Below are positions 58,670 through 64,000 of a DNA stretch of 64,000 bases, in pieces (position 1 is the first letter of the stretch; each line of letters begins with the position of its first letter). Origin of the DNA: an uncultured Actinomycetes bacterium (GTDB taxonomy: Bacteria > Actinomycetota > UBA4738 > HRBIN12); NCBI GenBank assembly GCA_963704885.1, contig CAVPIB010000001.1, positions 224,001 through 288,000 of the forward strand, given 5' to 3'. The position numbers and the translations under genes were made by a program. The notes beneath the pieces are model-generated. The model ran no database searches. It had not been told where the DNA came from and worked only from the letters and a program-made list of their open reading frames with translations.

Positions 58670-58679
58670 AAGGGCTCGC

Positions 58680-59144
58680 TCAAGATAGGAAGAACTTGGC
58701 GGGCAGCCCACCGAGCACGAGCGTCATGGCCTGGGCGAACGTCGTGACCGCCGCCGCCCCGATGCCGGCCATCACGATGCGGCGTGCGACCCATCGCTCC
58801 GGGTGCATGCGAACCGCCAAGCCGGAAAGCGGCACGATCACCACGGCCAGGACGACGACTCCCCCTAGGAAGACACGGGCGACCCATCCGCCGGGCTGCC
58901 CGGCCGCGAGAACGATCGTCCGCATGGCGGGATACGCCAACAGGAACGAGAGCCACGCCACTCCGAACGCCAGCATCCCGAGCGCCGGCTCCGATCCGTC
59001 GCCGCCTCGGGGCCGGCGGATCGCGCGAACGCCTAACACGGCGGCCGCGGGCAGCGTGGCGCACATGGAGACGAACCCGAGAGCGGCAAGGACCACCGCC
59101 CAGGTCGCCTCGCGTTCCACGAAAGGTCGGAGCCTGCGGGCCAC
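58680..59144 (-). CDS. Hypothetical 4-TM membrane protein
   Basis: Four hydrophobic segments; fills the gap between same-strand genes; no recognisable motif. Confidence 0.45.
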   Translation of the reverse strand: MARRLRPFVEREATWAVVLAALGFVSMCATLPAAAVLGVRAIRRPRGGDGSEPALGMLAFGVAWLSFLLAYPAMRTIVLAAGQPGGWVARVFLGGVVVLAVVIVPLSGLAVRMHPERWVARRIVMAGIGAAAVTTFAQAMTLVLGGLPAKFFLS

Positions 59145-59228
59145 GGCGCCACCGTACCGGCTGCCGGGGATGTACGGAACGGGAAGGCAAGGATGTGCAA
59201 CGTCAGGCGGGAACGCCCTCCACCGGGC

Positions 59229-59867
59229 CTATCGGCGCCACATGTCGACGTCGGCGACCGGGGCCAGCGCGCCGGACGGCTCTGCGGTGGCGCGGGGGAT
59301 TCCAGCTCGGGAGTCCCGGTGGACGGCTCTGGCGTCTCGCGCCAACGCGAAGACCACGATCCCCACGGCGAGGAGCCACGTGACGATCCCCGCCGCGCGG
59401 ACGTTCGCGGCCAGCCGGTCGGCCAGATAGAGCTTGTCGTAGTGCTCGGGTCCCAGGATGCGCGACCAGTCACCCAGCCCGTCGGGCGCGCCCAGCAGCA
59501 AGAGCTCGCCGCGGGGCGCGTCGTAGATGTATCGCGCCGCGTCGCACATGGCGTTCGCCGACCAGGCCCAGCAGACACCCCAAGCGATCAGGTTCCTCTT
59601 CCACACCGCGAACACGACCCCAAGCACCAACGGGAACAGGACCTGGAACCCGGAGCCCATGATCAACATGATCAGCTCGCCGAACCCCGAGAACAGCTTG
59701 TGTCCCACCTCGTGCACGGCGACGTCCAAGAACTCGAGCACAGGCGTCTCCGAGTCGCGGACGATGGCGAACCACCCGTAGAACGAGCAAACCGCGAGCG
59801 CACCGACCGCCTTCCAGATGTTCAGTCGTCGCTGGATGTCCTCGGGAAGCTGGACAGTCTCGGCCAT
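59229..59867 (-). CDS. Membrane zinc metalloprotease-like protein (M50B-like HExxH)
   Basis: VHEVGH within a TM region, later GDW; multiple TMs. Confidence 0.7.
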   Translation of the reverse strand: MAETVQLPEDIQRRLNIWKAVGALAVCSFYGWFAIVRDSETPVLEFLDVAVHEVGHKLFSGFGELIMLIMGSGFQVLFPLVLGVVFAVWKRNLIAWGVCWAWSANAMCDAARYIYDAPRGELLLLGAPDGLGDWSRILGPEHYDKLYLADRLAANVRAAGIVTWLLAVGIVVFALARDARAVHRDSRAGIPRATAEPSGALAPVADVDMWRR

Positions 59868-59914
59868 GCATCATGTATCGGACGTCCGTCAGACCGACGT
59901 GAGGGCCCGCGCGT

Positions 59915-60439
59915 TCAGCGGCGGGGACGGAGGGCAGCGGCCACGAACCAGCCCACGCCCAGGTAGACGCAGAGGTCCCCAACGCTCACGATCGCGTTCA
60001 CCGGCGCGGGGATCCCGATCGAGTCGGCCAGCGGGAGCAGCACGGATCCGTCGTCCGCAAGGTGATGCTTCGCTCCACCGCTGGCGCGGAGCTCCGTCTC
60101 TGCCGCCGTCGCCGCCTGATCCGATCCGGAGAGCGCCGCCCGAGTCACGGGCATCCCGTGGTTCGCGACGATCACCACCGCGTTCAGCATCAACCCCGTC
60201 AGGATGAGGATGAAGCCCGGCGAGCGCAGGTTGATGAACGCGAACGAGAGCAGCAGGGCCAAGGACCCCACGAGCGCAGCGAACGCCCAGCGATCAGCGA
60301 TCGGCGCGAACTGCAGACCGAGGCCGATCACCGCGAGCGGCCACCACCGGAGCGTGACCGTCGGGAACGACCGGATGCTCCCGCCGGCAAGCAGGCCGAT
60401 GACCACACCGGCGACCGCGACGATGAGGATCGGACTCAC
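59915..60439 (-). CDS. DUF5317 family membrane protein
   Basis: GGS...LRWW.L, NLR.PG, NAVVIVANHGMPV, KH, L.D, SVGD. GTGA overlap with larC. Confidence 0.8.
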   Translation of the reverse strand: MSPILIVAVAGVVIGLLAGGSIRSFPTVTLRWWPLAVIGLGLQFAPIADRWAFAALVGSLALLLSFAFINLRSPGFILILTGLMLNAVVIVANHGMPVTRAALSGSDQAATAAETELRASGGAKHHLADDGSVLLPLADSIGIPAPVNAIVSVGDLCVYLGVGWFVAAALRPRR

Positions 60440-61629
60440 TCGTCGAGCGCCTCTCGCGCCAGACGGGTGGCCTCCTCGTACACGTCGCGAGCGGGGATCC
60501 CGGCGTCCCTGGCGATCTGCGCGCAATCCTCGAACTCGGGCGCGACCGTTACCGCCTGGCCTGCTAGGAGTCCGATCTTCACGCGCACCGTGCCGTGATG
60601 CGTGGTGACCTCGATCCACTCGCGTTCCAGCGTCCGTTTGTCGACGGACGACATCCGGATCCCAAGCGTCCCCGTCTCGCGGAACAGGACCTGTCGGATC
60701 GCCTCCTGCCTCTGCGGCGAAGCCAAGACGCTGATCATGACCGCCGGCCGTCCCTTCTTCATCACGATCGGGGTGAGCCACGCATCCTGCGCCCCTGCGT
60801 CGAAGAGCCGCTCCAACACGTAGCCGTAGAGCTCGGGGTTCAGATCGTCGACGTTCGTTTCGAAGACCAGTTCGGTGCCGACCGGCGCGTCGGTCGCGGT
60901 GGAGATGGCATCCCGGTCCTCCTCGCCGATCAGGACGCGCAACACGTTGGGGAAGTCCAGTCGCGCGCTCCCCGCTCCGTACCCGACATGCTCGATGCGC
61001 ATCGGCGGCAGTTCGCCGAAACCCTCCACGATCGACGCCAGGATCGCGGCGCCGGTGGGCGTGACCAGCTCGACCGACACGCCGCGCGAGTACATCGGCG
61101 CGCCTCGCAGCAACTCGACCACGGCGGGCGCAGGTATCGGCAGCGAGCCATGCTCCGTCTTCACCATGCCGAACCCCGTCGGGACGGCCGAGGAGAACAC
61201 TCGCTCGACGCCGAGCGACGAGAGCGCGAGCGCCGTCCCTACGATGTCCACGATTGAGTCGACTGCGCCCACCTCGTGGAACGTGACCTGTTCGAGCTCC
61301 TTACGGTGGATCATGGCCTCGGCTTCGGCCAACCGTCGGAAGATGCGCTGCGCCATCCCCTTGGCGTTGAGCGGCATCTCGGCCTGATCCAGCAGCGAAC
61401 GGATGCTGGCGTACGTTCGGATGAGACCCAGTGACGATGTGTGCACGTGCACCTTGGTCGCGCGCAAGCCGCCCGAGTCCACCTCCTCGACATCCAGTTC
61501 GAACGGTTCCAGCGGCAGGCCGGCGAGGCCTTTGCGGATGGGCTCCAGGTCGGCGCCGGCGTCGATCAAGGCACCCAGGGCCATGTCGCCCGAGATACCT
61601 GCGATGCAGTCGAAGTAGAGGATCTTCAT
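60436..61629 (-). CDS. larC: Nickel pincer cofactor biosynthesis protein LarC
   Basis: YFDCIAGISGDM.LGAL, FHEVGAVDSIVDI, ELVTPTGAA, ETNVDD, MKKGRP, PEFED. Confidence 0.93.
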   Translation of the reverse strand: MKILYFDCIAGISGDMALGALIDAGADLEPIRKGLAGLPLEPFELDVEEVDSGGLRATKVHVHTSSLGLIRTYASIRSLLDQAEMPLNAKGMAQRIFRRLAEAEAMIHRKELEQVTFHEVGAVDSIVDIVGTALALSSLGVERVFSSAVPTGFGMVKTEHGSLPIPAPAVVELLRGAPMYSRGVSVELVTPTGAAILASIVEGFGELPPMRIEHVGYGAGSARLDFPNVLRVLIGEEDRDAISTATDAPVGTELVFETNVDDLNPELYGYVLERLFDAGAQDAWLTPIVMKKGRPAVMISVLASPQRQEAIRQVLFRETGTLGIRMSSVDKRTLEREWIEVTTHHGTVRVKIGLLAGQAVTVAPEFEDCAQIARDAGIPARDVYEEATRLAREALDE

Positions 61630-62405
61630 GCTTCAGCGACCCTAGGTGCAGAGCGGACGACGCGAAGGGCCACCTGGGCGGCCCCGAAGCCGTTGTCGAT
61701 GTTGACGACCGCCACGCCCGGGGCGCACGACGACAACATGGTGAGCAGCGCCGAGAGACCCTCGAACGAGGCTCCGTATCCGACGCTCGTCGGTACGGCC
61801 ACGATCGGCGTCGAGGTGAGCCCTGCCACCACCGAGGGGAGCGCGCCCTCCATGCCGGCCACGACGATGACGCAGTCCATGCGCTCCAGGGTCGCGCGGT
61901 GCTCGAGGATCCGGTGGACGCCCGCGACGCCCACGTCGGTGATGCGCTCGACGCGGACCCCGGCGCTCTCCGCGGTTATCGCGGCCTCATCGGCGACCGG
62001 GAGGTCGGATGTTCCCGCGGCCACGACCGCGATCACTGCTTCGATCTTCACGTCGGCGGTCTTCACTACGACCAGGCCGGCGCTCTCGTGGTATCGCGCG
62101 CCGGGCACGGCCTGTATCGCCGCCGAGGCCTGCTCAGGCGTGGCGCGGGTAACCAGCACCGCGCCGGTGGCGCGGGCCGCGAGCGCCACCGCGATGGCGC
62201 GGACCTGCTCGGGGGTCTTGCCCGGTCCGTAGACGGCCTCGGGATGGCCGGTGCGCAATTCACGGTGATGGTCCACCCTGGCGTCGGTCACGGCTTCGTA
62301 CGGGAGCGTGCGCAGGACCTCGACGGCGTCGGCCACCGGTGTCGTGCCGGATGCCACGTCGTCCAGCAGCCGAGCCAGCGTTCGTTCGTCCACGAGGGGG
62401 CTCAT
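61626..62405 (-). CDS. larB: Nickel pincer cofactor biosynthesis protein LarB (PurE-like carboxylase)
   Basis: DHHRELRTG.PE, AGTSDLPVA.EA, DVGVAG.HR, AGMEGAL, PTSVGYG, VNIDNGFGA. Confidence 0.93.
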   Translation of the reverse strand: MSPLVDERTLARLLDDVASGTTPVADAVEVLRTLPYEAVTDARVDHHRELRTGHPEAVYGPGKTPEQVRAIAVALAARATGAVLVTRATPEQASAAIQAVPGARYHESAGLVVVKTADVKIEAVIAVVAAGTSDLPVADEAAITAESAGVRVERITDVGVAGVHRILEHRATLERMDCVIVVAGMEGALPSVVAGLTSTPIVAVPTSVGYGASFEGLSALLTMLSSCAPGVAVVNIDNGFGAAQVALRVVRSAPRVAEA

Positions 62406-62473
62406 CGTATACTCAGGAGCCTTCACCGAAAACCGCAGGTAGATGGCCGTTTCGCCGTTCCCGGGGGAGCCCG

Positions 62474-62971
62474 TTGACCTTCTCGGATCGCACGCTCACG
62501 CTGTTGGTGTTGATCGCGCTCGGCCTGGGCGTGCTCGCGGTCCTGTTCGCGGCCCTGGGTGGGGGGCGACGGGGCAGACGGGAGCCCGGCGGTCCGATCC
62601 GATTGGACGACGCGCTGCGCGGCATCCTGGACGGACAGGCTAGGAAGATCGACCGGCTGGAACAAGCGGTGCGCACACTGAACAAGACCGACAAGCGTCA
62701 GCAAGTTCTGATCGACGGAAGCGTCCAGAACGTGGGCCTCCTGCGGTACGACGCGTTCGAGGACGTGGGTGGACGCCTATCGTTCTCCTGCGCCATGCTC
62801 GATGACGAAGGAAGTGGCGTGGTGCTGACGTCTATCAACGGCCGACAGGAAACCCGCGTGTACGCCAAGCCGATCGCGGAAGGCCGGAGTTCCTACAACC
62901 TCTCCTCCGAGGAGGAGGAGGCGATCCGGCAGGCGCTCGCCGCGCCCGCGGAGGCGGTGGAGGCACGATGA
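62474..62971 (+). CDS. DUF4446 family protein (N-terminal TM + coiled coil)
   Basis: RYDAFEDVGGRLSFS, GRQETRVYAKPI, LS.EEEEAI. TTG start after GGGGAG. Confidence 0.82.
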   Translation: MTFSDRTLTLLVLIALGLGVLAVLFAALGGGRRGRREPGGPIRLDDALRGILDGQARKIDRLEQAVRTLNKTDKRQQVLIDGSVQNVGLLRYDAFEDVGGRLSFSCAMLDDEGSGVVLTSINGRQETRVYAKPIAEGRSSYNLSSEEEEAIRQALAAPAEAVEAR

Positions 62972-63483
62972 TCTTCAAGAAGGACGAGGATGAGGACGTC
63001 GCCCAGAGCCAGGAGATGGCCGGCGAGACGCACGAACCACGGAAGGAGAGGCAGATGTCGGACAACGGTGAGGTCACGGTCGTCGGCGTGGGTGCGCGTC
63101 TGGACGGCAACGTCGTCTCCGCCGGGAGCCTGCGGATCGACGGACAGGTGAAGGGTCAGATCAACGCCGACGGCGACGTCACCCTGTCACCCCAGAGCCA
63201 GGTGGAGGCTGACATCCGCGCCCAGAACGTATCGGTCGCGGGCCGCTTCAAGGGGAGCATCGCAGTGAAGGGCAAAGCGCACCTGGCACGTGGCGGTCGC
63301 GTCGACGGCAACATCACCTCCAAGACCCTCGTCGTCGAAGAGGGCGCCATCTTCCATGGGCAGAGCATCATGGACGGGACCGCGGCGGCCGCGCCTTCTT
63401 CCGGTCAGTCCGGGTCGGCTCAGAAGGAGAGCCCGGCCGACAAGCCCACGACCGAGAAGACGGAGCAAGTGAAGGTCCCCTAG
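62968..63483 (+). CDS. Bactofilin (polymer-forming cytoskeletal protein)
   Basis: LRIDGQVKGQI, V.VAG.F.G.I, VDGNI...LVVEEGAIFHG beta-helix; N-terminal MIFKK. Confidence 0.9.
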   Translation: MIFKKDEDEDVAQSQEMAGETHEPRKERQMSDNGEVTVVGVGARLDGNVVSAGSLRIDGQVKGQINADGDVTLSPQSQVEADIRAQNVSVAGRFKGSIAVKGKAHLARGGRVDGNITSKTLVVEEGAIFHGQSIMDGTAAAAPSSGQSGSAQKESPADKPTTEKTEQVKVP

Positions 63484-64000
63484 ATGCTCGATATCAAAGC
63501 GATCCGAGACGACCCCGATCCGTTCCGCAAGGGGCTCGCCCGGCGGAACCTGGCCGATGCAGTAGACGCGCTCCTGGCGGCCGACGAACGTAGACGGAAC
63601 CTCACGGCGAGGGTGGACGAGCTCCGCGCCGAGCAGAACCGTGCCTCCAAGGCGATCGGTGCAGCCCAGGGAGACCAGAAGCAGCAGCTGATCGACGAGG
63701 TGAGCGGCGTGTCCGCCCACCTGAAGCAGCTGGAGCCGGAGCTCGAAGCGGCGGAGGCCGAGCTGGCCGACCTGCTGGCCAAGACACCGAACGTGCCGCA
63801 CGAGAGCTCGCCGAACGGGTTCACCGACGATGACGCCGAGGTGATCCGCGAGGTCGGCGCTCTCCCAGAGTTCGACTTCGAGCCCCGTGATCATGCCGAG
63901 CTGGGCCAGATCCTGGGTGTCCTCGACACCGAACGCGCCGCACGCACCAGCGGCTCGCGCTTCGCCTACCTGCTCGGCGACATCGTGCTGTTGCAGTTCG
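63484..64000 (+). CDS. serS: Seryl-tRNA synthetase (5' part; runs off the window)
   Basis: Manual translation: MLDIKAIRDDPDPFRKGLARR...LRAEQNRASKAIG...PNVPHES.P.G...PRDHAELG...ERAARTSGSRFAYL. Confidence 0.93.
   Translation, partial: MLDIKAIRDDPDPFRKGLARRNLADAVDALLAADERRRNLTARVDELRAEQNRASKAIGAAQGDQKQQLIDEVSGVSAHLKQLEPELEAAEAELADLLAKTPNVPHESSPNGFTDDDAEVIREVGALPEFDFEPRDHAELGQILGVLDTERAARTSGSRFAYLLGDIVLLQF

Overview
GC-rich chromosomal segment from an actinobacterium, probably a deep-branching Actinomycetota lineage. It is likely close to oriC, judging by crgA, the fhaA-fhaB-pstP-rodA-pbpA-pknB cluster, tRNA-Leu(CAG), serS and a DnaA-box cluster. The left ~36 kb is mostly core: a PQQ/sugar dehydrogenase, an orphan molybdoenzyme large subunit, S9 peptidase, crgA with an Ntn acylase and a heterodimeric ABC exporter, acyl-CoA ligase, aceA-proDH-DHDPS-like genes, the his operon (no hisE), a type IV pilin, and the Pkn signalling operon coupled to a tandem-domain ThyX. 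After tRNA-Leu, a ~20 kb accessory and partly decayed block carries five GcvT/THF-domain genes, two PYROXD2/phytoene-dehydrogenase-like flavoproteins, a Tat-type amine oxidase and an Lrp regulator, which suggests catabolism of N-methylated amines. Then come a cupredoxin-tethered NirK with a His-containing membrane partner, larBC, and DUF4446-bactofilin-serS. The best non-gene signals are (1) an apparent leaderless 22-codon uORF ending Gly-Pro-stop followed by an intrinsic terminator in the aceA leader, (2) a DnaA-box cluster just downstream of crgA, (3) a sigma28/WhiG-type promoter on the pilin, and (4) Lrp-type palindromes in the accessory block. Three genes carry single +1 frameshifts that may be assembly errors. 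All family assignments come from motifs recognised by eye; no database searches were run.
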